From the NCBI RefSeq assembly GCF_001194135.2, contig NC_068988.1, positions 54,586,533 through 54,650,532 on the forward strand: a DNA stretch of 64,000 bases, read 5' to 3'. The notes beneath the pieces were generated by a model that ran no database searches, was not told where the DNA came from, and was given only the letters and a program-made list of their open reading frames with translations. The position numbers and the translations under genes were made by a program. Shown piece after piece: positions 11,640 through 22,920 of this stretch; positions within the stretch are counted from its first letter, which is position 1; every line of letters starts with the position of its first letter. This DNA comes from Octopus bimaculoides (lineage: Eukaryota).

Positions 11640-12950
11640 TGTGCAAATAAACGATAAAGGGATTTCTCAAGCTATTGATGAATCATTAGAGATACCTGAC
11701 AAATCGCTGTAGCTGGTGATCATTCAAGCTAAGTTTGAAGTGAAAGAAGACCTACTTCAGTGAACAGCATGTGTGGAAGAACTACAGGCAAAAATATTTT
11801 TAAAGAGGTGGAGAAAAACATTGACCTAGAACAATCTGGTTAGGAATTGTTTAAATTGCATCAACCTTTTGATACTAGCTCGCCTGAGACTGACTCTGGT
11901 TCTATGATAGAAATTTATTTTGTTAAAATGATCTAAATAAAAACTTTACATCAAAATTTCATATTAATGTTCCAAGCACCAGCTTAAAATGACAAAGTTA
12001 TTTTACAAAATTCTTCATTATCTTTAAATTAAATTGAAACAAAGACAGTGTGCTTTAAATGAAATATGGTAATGAAAGGGTTGGAACTAGTGATAGAAAA
12101 AAATGTGTGCGGTACAGGAAGCAGTTTTATTGAATATGTCTACAATGTTTGCGACAGTACTGGTGGTAGAAATACCGAGAATGTTTCACTGCATCATTCA
12201 TCAATAAGTTTTTTATGGGAAACATTTATATCTATTATATCTGATAGATATCAGCAATGAATTTTATTCAATTGCATGCACTCAAACATCACAAGTTTGA
12301 ACTATTTTTGAAAGGAACTGTATGATAACTGAGTAGCAGTAATGTTATCTCACAAATTTTTGAACTTCAGATGGGGATTGATATATTTAGAATGAGAAAA
12401 ATTTTGCTTAGCTACTACTTGCAAATGGTGAATAGTTGTGGAAATTAATATAATTGTCTGACTTAATGATATATCTTAACGAGTTCAGTCTAAGATTACA
12501 AGGTGATTTCTAAGCTTATATGGAACATATGCCCCGCCGTGAAAGCTTTTCAACATAAGCTTTTTTCACTCCTTGTTATTGATAAATATCTTCAACCACT
12601 TATGCTGCTGTGAAAAAAATAGCCAAAAATGTAAATTCTTGATTTCTTATCAAATTTACACAAGATATTCTTATAGTCTGAAGTTTCAGCAGCATTTTTC
12701 ACATCTCAATAAAAATGTCAAAGCATTAAAAATCTATCAAAATCCATCTAACAGCATTAGCAAAATAACTTGTGGTTGACCTTTGACTGGAAGTTATTGA
12801 TCTGCTGTCTACTTGATAAACTTAAATAAATGCTTCCCAGATGAAGGATTCATTTCTTTAAAATCCCTTGTTCAGGTATTGCACTTTGGCATTTGACACA
12901 AATATTTATTTCAGCATGAAATAATGTGTGACAAAGCAGTACTTTTGAAT
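11640..12950 (+). mobile_element. Decayed hAT transposase (SPIN/Charlie/GTF2IRD2-like)
   Basis: Fragments across frameshifts and stops: AIDESLEIPDK, MCGRTTGKNIFKEVEKTL, KNVCGTGSSF, FHCIIHQ (CxxH motif), LKFQQHFSHLNKNVKALKIYQNP, LEVIDL. Confidence 0.85.
11865..12080. mobile_element. Family 2 MITE nested in the hAT relic
   Basis: TCAA|CCTTTTGATAC ... AATGAAAGGG|TTGG (degenerate TTAA sites). The hAT-like peptide resumes directly after it. Confidence 0.75.
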
Positions 12951-13164
12951 CAAAAGCATAATTTCATCTAACAGGCTTCCTTACTGTTTCTGTTTCTCCA
13001 GTTTCACTAACAAAGTATTGGTCATCTTGAGGCTTATAGAAAATGACCATGCCTGAGATTCTACTGTATCTGAACCTGGAACATTGTGCTTGCATAGGTA
13101 TAGTTCTTAATCATTCAACCATACTGTACCTTGATGAACAGTATATGGATGTAGATGTAGGTAT

Positions 13165-13420
13165 ATACATGGTTGTGTGGTAAGAAACTTGCTTCTTAAC
13201 CACATGATTCCAGGTTCAGTCCCACTGTGTGGCTCCTTGGGCAAGTGTCTTCCACTATGGCCCTGGACTGACCAAAGCCTTGTGAATGGATTTGGTAGGC
13301 AGAAACTGAGAGAAACCCATTGTATATATGTATATATATATAAATATCTATGTGTGTATGTGTTTATGTGTGTGTGCACGACTTTGTGTCTGTGCTTGCC
13401 CCCCCCCCCCCTAGTTGATC
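13165..13420 (+). mobile_element. SINE family A copy
   Basis: CATGGTTGTGTGGTAAGAAACTTGCTTCTTAACCACATGATTCCAGGTTCAGTCCCACTG...TTGGGCAAGTGTCTT...GGATTTGGTAGGCAGAAACTGA, followed by an internal microsatellite. Confidence 0.85.
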
Positions 13421-13447
13421 ACATGATCACAATATATATATTCATGT

Positions 13448-13502
<55 letters not shown>

Positions 13503-14010
13503 CATATATACACATGTACATGCACATATATGTATAAGTGAGAGAGAATATATTGTGTGTGCGTGTATGTGACCAGTTCAATGATAGGTTTGTAAACTTT
13601 GGTGACTAAACTTACCTTACTTCATTCATTGTTTGGTGTAAAATTAAAAAAATAAAATAATAATAAAGGAATCTTGATAATTGTGTGTCTTAGTGACTAA
13701 TAACAGTCTGTAGTTGATGACCACTGTCCATTTAGTTTAGAAATGACCACAGCCTGACTTCATTCAGTGGAAAACACCAACCACAACGTTGCCACAAAGA
13801 GTGTAAAATGTTATCTGTCTCTCTACTTGCCTACTTGTCTGTCCATAGGAGAAACCTTGCTTCAATAAACTCTCTCCAGACCCATGCAAGTATAGAAAAG
13901 TGGACATTAAAAAACAATGATGATGGCGGTGATGATAATGATGAAAATCAGTTTAAGTTAATTAATTTCCAGTGAATTTATACATATAACTCAGTGAATA
14001 CAGGCTTTAC

Positions 14011-14065
14011 CTTGAATGGCAACACCACCAAACCTGCTTGTCGAATAAAGTGGTTTTTGCATACC
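14011..14065 (-). CDS. Weak candidate 55-nt exon
   Basis: Minus acceptor TTTTTCATTCCACAG and donor AG|GTAAAG. All three frames are open (e.g. GMQKPLYSTSRFGGVAIQ). The acceptor lies at the edge of what looks like a dispersed repeat. Confidence 0.2.
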
Positions 14066-14439
14066 CTGTGGAATGAAAAACAAGACTCTTCAAAAGGTGG
14101 ATGAACTCAGGAGAGTCAATGTCCATCCAGATATGTGATATAATATGTGTGTAAAGATTTAGAATTTTCTAGTTTGGCACCAAGGTGTGCATTTAACCTA
14201 CAAGGGTGATGTTAGACTCTAAGGAGTGTCAAAGGCAACCTACCCAAGGGATGGAGAACTCTAATAGAAAAACCAGGGGTATATTGTTCATGGAGTTAGT
14301 GGCAAACATTTGCATCAACTTTCTGCTAACAGCATTTCCAAAAAGTGTGACTAGTTCTACACAAATCTTCACCACATAAAAAAACAGATCATCTGAATGG
14401 ATAGTCTAATGGCTATAATAATGGATAGATATATATATA

Positions 14440-14567
14440 TGGTGTTAGGAAGGGCATCCAGCCATAGAAACCAAGCCAAAACAGACTTTGGAACCTGGTG
14501 CAGCCCCTGGCCTAGCCAGTTCCTGTCAAGCCATCTAACCATACCAGCATGGAAAACAAGATGTTAA

Positions 14568-14656
<89 letters not shown>
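14440..14656 (+). mobile_element. SINE family B 3' part with a long (GAT)n tail running into an assembly gap
   Basis: GTTAGGAAGGGCATCCAGCC...CCAGCATGGAAAACAAGATGTTAAA, then uninterrupted (TGA)n from 14568 to the N run at 14657. Confidence 0.9.
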
Positions 14657-15699
14657 NNNNNNNNNNNNNNNNNNNNNNNNNNNNNNNNNNNNNNNNNNNN
14701 NNNNNNNNNNNNNNNNNNNNNNNNNNNNNNNNNNNNNNNNNNNNNNNNNNNNNNNNNNNNNNNNNNNNNNNNNNNNNNNNNNNNNNNNNNNNNNNNNNNN
14801 NNNNNNNNNNNNNNNNNNNNNNNNNNNNNNNNNNNNNNNNNNNNNNNNNNNNNNNNNNNNNNNNNNNNNNNNNNNNNNNNNNNNNNNNNNNNNNNNNNNN
14901 NNNNNNNNNNNNATATATATATATATATATATAGTGAGAGAGACAGATAGACAGACAGACACAGATATTTAAAGAATGCATAATTTAAAGTACAATGTAC
15001 AGATTAGAAAGTTAATCACTACTAAATCATTCTTTAAAAAAAATTTTTTTCCCTTTCTACTTCACCGACTATAATAAAGTATTTGACAAGCTCAAATTGA
15101 AGGCTTAAGTCTCCAAAGCAGAAATGTATGTATGTATGTACGTACGGAATATACAGAAGGAAAAAGAAAAGGATATACAGGTGTACAATGACTTAGTTTT
15201 ACAGTTTACGAACTGTATACAATATACATAACTACAGTTTTGTATAAACAGATATAATATGCATGGCTGTGTGGTTAAGAAGTTTGCTTTACAAACGCAT
15301 AGTTTTGGGTTCGGTCCTACTTTGTGGTAACTTGTGCGACTTCAACCCTGGTGCCACCTGTGAGTATATTAGGTAGATGGAAACTGAAGAAAGCACCACC
15401 CTTATGTCTCTCTCTCTCTCTCTCTCTCTTTACACACACACATGCATGTTTGTATGTACCCTTGTCTTGACATGATGTATGGTTGTAAATGAGCATCATC
15501 GTCATACAAGCGAAAAACATTACCTTGTTGGGAAACAGGTAAGGGTTGGTGACTGGAAGGGCATCCAGCTGTAGAAAATGTGCCACAATAAATTCCGTCT
15601 GACCCATGCAGTCTTGGAAAAGTAGACGTTAAATGATGATGATGATGATGATATAAACACTGTTGGACAAGTTACGTTACACCCCTTTTATGTTTTGAG

Positions 15700-16201
15700 C
15701 TCAAATCTCGCTCATATCAATTTTGTCTTTCATTCTGAGCACCAAGCTAAAATCCCTCGAAGCTGATGTCCCGGGATCGCACACAGGTCCGATAAACGAA
15801 ATCAATAAATCAAAACAAAGAGGGGAAAAAAAGGACACCTCTATCACTCCCTCACCCCCTAAGTTTTGTAGATTTCATAGAACAGATCACGTTCTAGAAC
15901 AGGAGCTTAGAATGGTAGCTGTCAAAGGAAAGAAAAAAAACACAAAAAACTGCAGTCCAAGTGCGTGAGGTAAGAAGACAACAGGGGGGAAGGAGTGGAT
16001 ACAGAGAGAAAGAGAAAGAAACACACACGTGTACTCAGATAAATAGTCTTAGTGTGTAGAGAAAAGACTGAGGTAGGTCTTAAAATACTGCGTCTTTTGT
16101 ATCCCTACGTCCACCTTCACCTGGTTTTCTCGGTTGGAGCCCATTCTTTGCTTAACTGATGGGATCTCTCCGCACGTAGGCACGTAAACACACATAAACA
16201 C

Positions 16202-16244
<43 letters not shown>

Positions 16245-17000
16245 GGTCACTTTACATGTATAGTCCTTTTCACTACAACACACTCGTCGAGCTATCATGT
16301 TGTTTGTTTATAACTCCCTCCCCTCCCCCTGACGTGAATGAAACTTGCCGACCCCAGGGATCTATCAAGTTGGCTGGAAATTCACATGTAATAAATGCAT
16401 ATACATGCACGTACGCGCGCGCACACACACTCACTGAATTTCTCTGTGTATGTGACTGTATAAATATATACATATATATTAGTCAACACGTACACTGTGT
16501 TTAATTGATATATACATACTTAAATGTAAGTATAGTTTAATAATACGGCGATTTATAAATAAACTTAAAGCACAGAAACTATACACTTAAACTATACCAC
16601 CACTACCACCAACCGACTAGACCCTCACTAGTCCAGTACTATAGCCTCACCAGCAACACTAGCGAAACAATCACATTCACGACCACACTTTCTGCAACCA
16701 CTCCGACTACTACCAGGACCAAGTCATTATTGTTTCCTCGCCTCACTCATAAACAATCTATACGGAGGGGAAAAAAAAAAAAGAAAACAATTAAAGAGAC
16801 AAACTCCCGTCTTCGGCCAACATAACAGCTCTACGTAACATGGAACGGATAACTATTACAGAAACTTTGATTTACTAAGTCTCATAATATATGCCTACAT
16901 AGGTGTACTGATGTCCTTATAGGTATATAGATTTATTTTAATGAAGACAGCAAACTTCTTACTGGGGTATGTTATGTTTATTTTAATTTCTTTTACGTCA
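15700..17000. promoter_or_regulatory. Putative promoter/5'-UTR region at the left edge of the CpG-retaining domain
   Basis: CpG density rises abruptly here. Plus donor GAG|GTAAGA at 15970. Minus acceptors TTTTTTTCTTTCCTTTGACAG (before 15918) and TTTTCCCCTCCGTATAG (~16760). Direction unresolved. Confidence 0.35.
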
Positions 17001-17536
17001 TGATGTCATATAACGTACGTTTTATTTTTCTAAATTTTAATTTGTTGTGATCATAGCTTAATTACCTTAACTATATACTTAACGGGCTTGAAATATATAT
17101 AATATATATGTGAAATATTGAGTGTATGTTATCGAAGTAATACAGTTGTTACTTATGTCCTTGAAGACAGGCATACACATCATAAACTCATGGTCCCAGT
17201 TCTTCACCATTTCTATAAATATCATGTTCATTTAATAAAACATTATTTTCTATATGAGAAAATAAATTAAAAATGAATTGACATGGAATATTCGTAAGCG
17301 TGTAATAGTGGGGGTGTTGATAAAATGTAGGTATTGAATACCCGTGTTTACTCCAGTTAAAAAATAAGATAGAATAACACAAATATCCCGGGCATAGCTA
17401 CTGAGAAAATAGTTAATTTTCTAATAGGAAAATTAACATTAAACAGCTACCTTTGACTATGCAAGTGAGAAAATTAACCGCAAATACCCACTGTAGTGTC
17501 TTACCTGTATGTAGCAAATATGTTATGCACACACAC

Positions 17537-17587
<51 letters not shown>

Positions 17588-18050
17588 GGGGGGATTGATT
17601 TTATATTGGAAGTTATTTGGTTCACTCCGGACTCACTCTCTCGGCCTCTATAAACGAAATATTTCGTTGCTAAAATCTCATACTATGTTAGTATTGTTTA
17701 TGTCGTTATCAGTGTACTTATATATACATCTAAGTATTGAGCATCTCTAGATTTCACCTGTTGAATGTGTGTGTTTATAGTTTCAGTGTATTGTGGTATA
17801 TAAATTTTAATGTGTACATTTTGTTATATACGGTGTTTGTATGAAAAAAAGAAAAGAAAAAGTCTTACGGTTCATGTAAACCAGTGCTTTAACTGTAACT
17901 TCTAACGAGAATATCCTTCTGGATAAGACGCTAGCATAACACAGTAAGCATTTCATCAGAAAATCTGATAACATTTTCGGAGAGCTAAACCGAAGTTATA
18001 GAAACCAATCTGTCATATAATGACAAATCATGTACTAGAAGCTCCATATT

Positions 18051-18250
18051 TCAGAAACGTTAGCACGCCGGGCGAAATGCTTAGCGGTAATTCGTCTGTC
18101 TTTACGTTCTGAGTTCAAATTCTGCCGAGGTCGACTTTGCCCTTCATCCTTTCGGGGGCGATAAATTAAGTAGCAGTTGCTTACTGGGTCGATCTAATCG
18201 ACTGCCCCCCCCCCCAGATTTCGGGCTTTGAGCCTAGAGTAGAAAAGATT
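18051..18250 (+). mobile_element. tRNA-derived SINE family C (central GTCGACTTTGCC(C/T)TTCATCCTTTCGGGG domain), CpG-intact
   Basis: GTTAGCACGCCGGGCGAAATGCTTAGCGG...GTTCTGAGTTCAAATTC (B-box)...GGTCGACTTTGCCCTTCATCCTTTCGGGG. Other copies at 20230-20450(-), 52114-52272(-) and 63636-63791(-). Confidence 0.9.
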
Positions 18251-19275
18251 CATATCCATTGCTAAGAGAGTGCACTGGACAGCACTACTCCCACACTGTT
18301 CAATGGTACACCCTCGCATTTAGAAAATACAGTTTGAAAAAATCTTCTCGCAATAAAAATTAGTGGCTACTCAGTATATTCTGAAGCACCTCCGGGCACT
18401 GAAGTTTGGCGACGGGCTTGTATGCATTCTGTTTCGTATTAAACGTTAAATTCCCACCATGCGTTTTTATTGTTTAACCTTAACTTCTAATAGAACAAAC
18501 ATATGAGCTAAGTCATTCTAGTTATAATTATCATGTTTTTCTTTTTCTCAGGTGTGTATATGTGTGTGTGGGGGGATTATCTAGGAATACTTTATTCATA
18601 GTCGGGTGTGATTCGATACGAGGAAGATTTAGCTAGTCCCATTATTAACAAGTACATTCTTCGCTCGATCTGTGCGGTGTTTCATTTAACCTGTTTGTCA
18701 TTAATAGGTTTGCTCTAATTGCAATACTTCTATACTGATAGGTGGAAAAAATAAATAAAAACCTTTAATTAAAGCTAGTTGTTGCAAAGAAGGTAAATAA
18801 TAACGAGACTCGATGATTCGAAAGTCGATAGAGCAGCTGTATTAATAACGATTTCTTACATTGGTATAATGTATAGGGCTGGTATTTAATTTATTGAATT
18901 GAACTCCACCCAACAATAATAATATGCGGTTAAGAAGTTCGCTTTGCAATCCCGCGGTTTCGCGTTCAGTCCTTCTGAGCGGAAAAAAAAAACATAGCAT
19001 AAGGCCGACGAATACATTGCAAATGAATTTATAGAGAGGTACTGTCAGGAAACCCATCAGGTGTGTGTGTCTGTTTCTACGCAGTCTTCTCCACTAAATT
19101 CCACGAACTAAGTATTAGTTTATTTGATACTTGTGCGAGGTGCCGCTCAGCTGGATCGAACACGGGACTACGTGGTTTCGAAACGAACTTCGTAACAACA
19201 TGGCAGTGTTTGTGTACGTGTGTGTGTGTAAATCTATATTTATTGAATAACATTTCGTGAACCACTTAACTGATA

Positions 19276-19789
19276 CTCGGAGTTTCACGCATGTAAAGTA
19301 TAAATATCATTGATATTTTGCGAATGACAGTGGTATGTCTACAGAGCACCAGAAAGCCCAATACTTATTAGTCAAAGCGCTTCACGCGGTCGAAAATGTT
19401 GCTGGCCGGAATTGGCTGAGCTGATGTATAATGTAAGAGACGCCTTCAATTGTGAGATATCGCTTGTTGCTCTTTATATCTGGTACTTCGTTTTACAAAG
19501 CTTTACAATTAGGCTTTGTATTAGAAGTTCCGTTGATATTTCTGAACCGTAGGCCCGAGGTATTGTCCAAGCTGTCAGTATCAGAGGAGGTTTCTCCTAG
19601 ACAACCAACACTAAATTTATAGCCACTGGATTGGGCAAGTTACGCGGATTAGCTGTTGTTGACGCCCTCAAACTTGAACTCGGTATCGTCTCTTACATCA
19701 CAACAGTGAAGTCATTTCGGTATGCGACATTTTCGACCACACGAATCACTTAACCAAAGGTAAAACTAGTGCATTTGTGAAACTCCGAG
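19276..19789. mobile_element. Non-autonomous DNA transposon with TA TSD (Tc1/mariner-type)
   Basis: TA|CTCGGAGTTTCAC ... GTGAAACTCCGAG|TA: perfect 13-bp TIR. Subterminal inverted pair GGTCGAAAATGT (~19388) / ACATTTTCGACC (~19727). Confidence 0.8.
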
Positions 19790-19946
19790 TAACAATGGAG
19801 CGAATTCCTATCACCCTGTGTGTGCGTGTGAATTCACACGAAGATCAGGCATTTACACGAAGATCAAGCTTCTTTCATTGCTGCTCAGTTTGACCGCTAA
19901 ATACACAATTTTTTTTTACTCTCCCTCCGTTTATTTTCTCTTATTC

Positions 19947-19982
19947 CTTTCTGTTGAAGAGCGTAGGCTCGAAACGTAAAAG
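19947..19982 (+). ncRNA. Hammerhead-like motif in a Penelope-type repeat fragment, disrupted or variant core
   Basis: CTTT-CTG[TTG]AAGA-gcgtaggctc-GAAA-CGT-A-AAAG: stem I CTTT/AAAG and palindromic stem III ACGT. Confidence 0.35.
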
Positions 19983-20070
19983 ACTTTCTCACTTTCCTGA
20001 GCGTCAAACTAATACACCTGCTTGTTGTTCATACACCCGTCCTCGTCTTTTGTTTTTCTGTAAATTTCAA

Positions 20071-20119
<49 letters not shown>

Positions 20120-20229
20120 CAGAAATATATTGCAAGACTTTCCTGTCTTCCCTTCTGAGTGGTATATATATACAACGCTCATTGTGATTATATATCTATC
20201 TATCTATAGATAAAACAAAACAGGCTGAT

Positions 20230-20450
20230 AACATTGGTTCCAAATTTTGGCACAGGGCCAGCAACTTCGGGAGAGTGGGTAAAGCGATTACATCGACTCC
20301 AGTGCTCAACTGGTAATTTATTTTATCCGCTCCGAAAGGATGAAAGGTAAAGTTTACTTCAGTGGAATTTAAACTCAGAATGTTAAGTTGGAAGAAATGT
20401 CGTACAGCATTTTGTCTGGTGTGGTAACGATACTGCTAACTCACTGCCTT
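20230..20450 (-). mobile_element. SINE family C copy
   Basis: Reverse complement of the 18051-18250 element (ACATCGACTCCAGTGCTCAACTGGTA...GAAAGGATGAAAGGTAAAGT...AACTCAGAATG). Confidence 0.85.
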
Positions 20451-21550
20451 AAGACTGACAGATAGTATTAAGAACAACAAATACACTGAACATGGTTAGG
20501 ATGCTGTAATTTTAATAACAATATACGTAAGATAATAACATTGATGATGATGGCAAAAAGCTGCTTCTACGTTACAATAGATATACAAGTAATCACTACT
20601 ATTAATATTAAAATCTCACATTAGGATACATCAGGCTTCGATTTTCTGAGAGGAGTATAATAATAATAACAATAATAATTAACGAAAACAACAACAATGA
20701 ATTGTCCACACCTCTTCGTATCGACTCTCAATCATACATTTCTATATACACTGTGAACGGAACTGCAAAACTATAATTGCTCGTTGAGTTCAACTCCGTA
20801 ACTCTTCATTTAGCTGGTTCAGTATTTATGCCTTTGTATACGAACTATTTATTTCTATACATCTACTACTCAGTCTATCAGAGCGGCAGACAGGAAGTCT
20901 TGCAATATATTTATTTCTGTTTTAAAAAAAGCTTGACAATAAATACGGTGTTTTGTTGGCCGCAGGTAGAGAATCTCATAGTACGTGAGACATTGTCAAG
21001 TCTTAACATGTGTCACCTACTTTTAGTCCTATCCCCTCACCTTACCAGCGATAGCGGGGATATCTATCTATCTATCTACCTATCTATCTATGTCTTTAAA
21101 CGTTTAGGTTTACAGAAAAAGTACTCAATACTTTATATATTCTGATAATTCTCACAATTCCTTCTAGTTTCTCTCACCCTCTCTCTCCACACACACACAC
21201 TTACACCTGTCTATCTGATCATTCTGTAAATATAAATAAATTAATGATATTATGAAATGTATGGTGTTAATGAAATTATGAAACGTATGGTATTAAGATC
21301 ACGTCAACGATTTTTATTGGAACTATTTCGTTCAGTGAAACTAGTTACAAATCTACGTTTGTCCTTATCCTCGAAACCACTACCACTTGACGCACGCATA
21401 CGCGCGCACACACACGCACGCACACACACACACAGATTTGTAGGACATTCTCAGTGTGTACGTAATTTTTCCACCTGTTTTAAAGTACTTCTTTTAATAG
21501 CTGCAATATTAAAGCTTACGTTATTGCGGATCATGCGGTACCGTATTACC

Positions 21551-21722
21551 TACCGTATTTGATGGCATATTATACGCACCTCAATTTCAGCAGCACATTA
21601 TTCAGGAAATGAAGTTTTAATAGCATTAAAGCATGGCAATGCAAGACCTCGGCGTGATTATTTCTTATTTTTGAAACATTCCTTAGAAAAAAAAGTGCGT
21701 CTTATATGCCATCGGATACAGT
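21551..21722. mobile_element. pogo/Tigger-type MITE
   Basis: Imperfect TIRs CCGTATTTGATGGCATATTATACGCAC / GTGCGTCTTATATGCCATCGGATACAG, with TA at the left end. Confidence 0.7.
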
Positions 21723-22177
21723 TAAGTTGTCTAGTTTTAAATATCTACTGTCTAATTTCAAAACGTAAAATGGTTTCTGTGGAACGTGTGTGTGTGTGTG
21801 TCTTTCTTTTCACATCTTCATAACTGAAATATTTGTCATTCGTTTTTGGTTACATTTCAAATTCCAAACACTTGATTGACAACCTGGCCTTAGTTTCATT
21901 GTTGAAATGACTCTCTCTCTCTCTCTCTCTCCCTCTCTCTCTCTCCCTCTCTCTCTCTCTATATATATATACATACACACACACACACACACACTGTTTC
22001 TGAAAATGTTTACTGTTTGCAGGCAGGAGAGAATAAAAGTAAATATTTCTAATAAAGTTCTGATGTTGATTGATTGGTGTAAAGCACAGCTGCTAACTCC
22101 GTTAATTATTCACATTGCACGAATGTAATAGAGGAACAAATGATAAAAAATTCATACTGTCCACTGCAGTCAGTGAA

Positions 22178-22190
22178 TGACCTTTGACCC
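22178..22190. promoter_or_regulatory. DR1-type nuclear receptor element
   Basis: TGACCT-T-TGACCC (reverse complement GGGTCA-A-AGGTCA), in apparently non-repetitive sequence. Confidence 0.35.
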
Positions 22191-22439
22191 GACTGAATAA
22201 CTATTGAATTAAGTAATTCTAGGGTATTTATTAGTTATATTTATATCAATTGATTGTATATCGATTTTTCATAGGTCCAGTATTTATTTATTTATTTTAA
22301 TTAAATCTTTGTTCATCATTTTGGTTCAGGTATTTCAGAATCGCTGATTGTGGATTGCCGAAAAAAATAAAAATAAAAAATAATTAAACAGAATCAAAAG
22401 GAAATCTAATTTGTAAAAGGTATTGTTGATCGATACCCA

Positions 22440-22920
22440 GGTTGTTAACGGGTATTGAGGATTTGATTAAGATGAAGAAGTGTAGTGGATTTACCTAAGT
22501 AGTAGAGAGTAACTGATGTACACAAGCAATTAAGAAGGTATAACTAAAAGTGTCCAAGAAATAGAGGGTGTTAGCAATAGAGAAGGCTATAAAATGATCT
22601 ACCCAGGAAATAGGGAGAGTGTAATTGATCTACCCAAACATGGGAAAAATATAACTACGCAGTAGGTAGAGTGTTGCTGACTAACAATTGGAGAGCTAGG
22701 ATTAGAGCGATGGGGGCAGTCCGACCCGGGTGACGCAAGAGACGCTCTCATGGGCTATCCCGGGTAGCACACATTCTAACTTTGCTACTGTGTACCCAAG
22801 TCAAATAGTGAGTGTAACTGATCTACCCAGAAGTAAACACCGTGTAGTTGATCTTCTCAAGCTGTAGAGCAGATACTTGTAATTCATTCAAGCAATAAGG
22901 AAGGGGTATTTAATTAGGCA
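22440..22920. repeat. Degenerate minisatellite (~30-35-bp unit)
   Basis: Recurring GAGAGTGTAA(C/T)TGATCTACCCA(A/G)G-like units, e.g. at ~22505, ~22590, ~22615 and ~22810. Interrupted by a GC-rich insert at ~22695-22790. Confidence 0.6.

Noticed and set aside
14535-14981. Poly-D, poly-M, poly-H and poly-I ORFs
   Set aside because: (GAT)n SINE tail plus an N gap. The ORFs at 23685-24261 are likewise gap artefacts.
17451-17463. Reverse complement TTGCATAGTCA matches the 5' part of miR-153
   Set aside because: The match stops after 11 nt and no precursor hairpin is evident.
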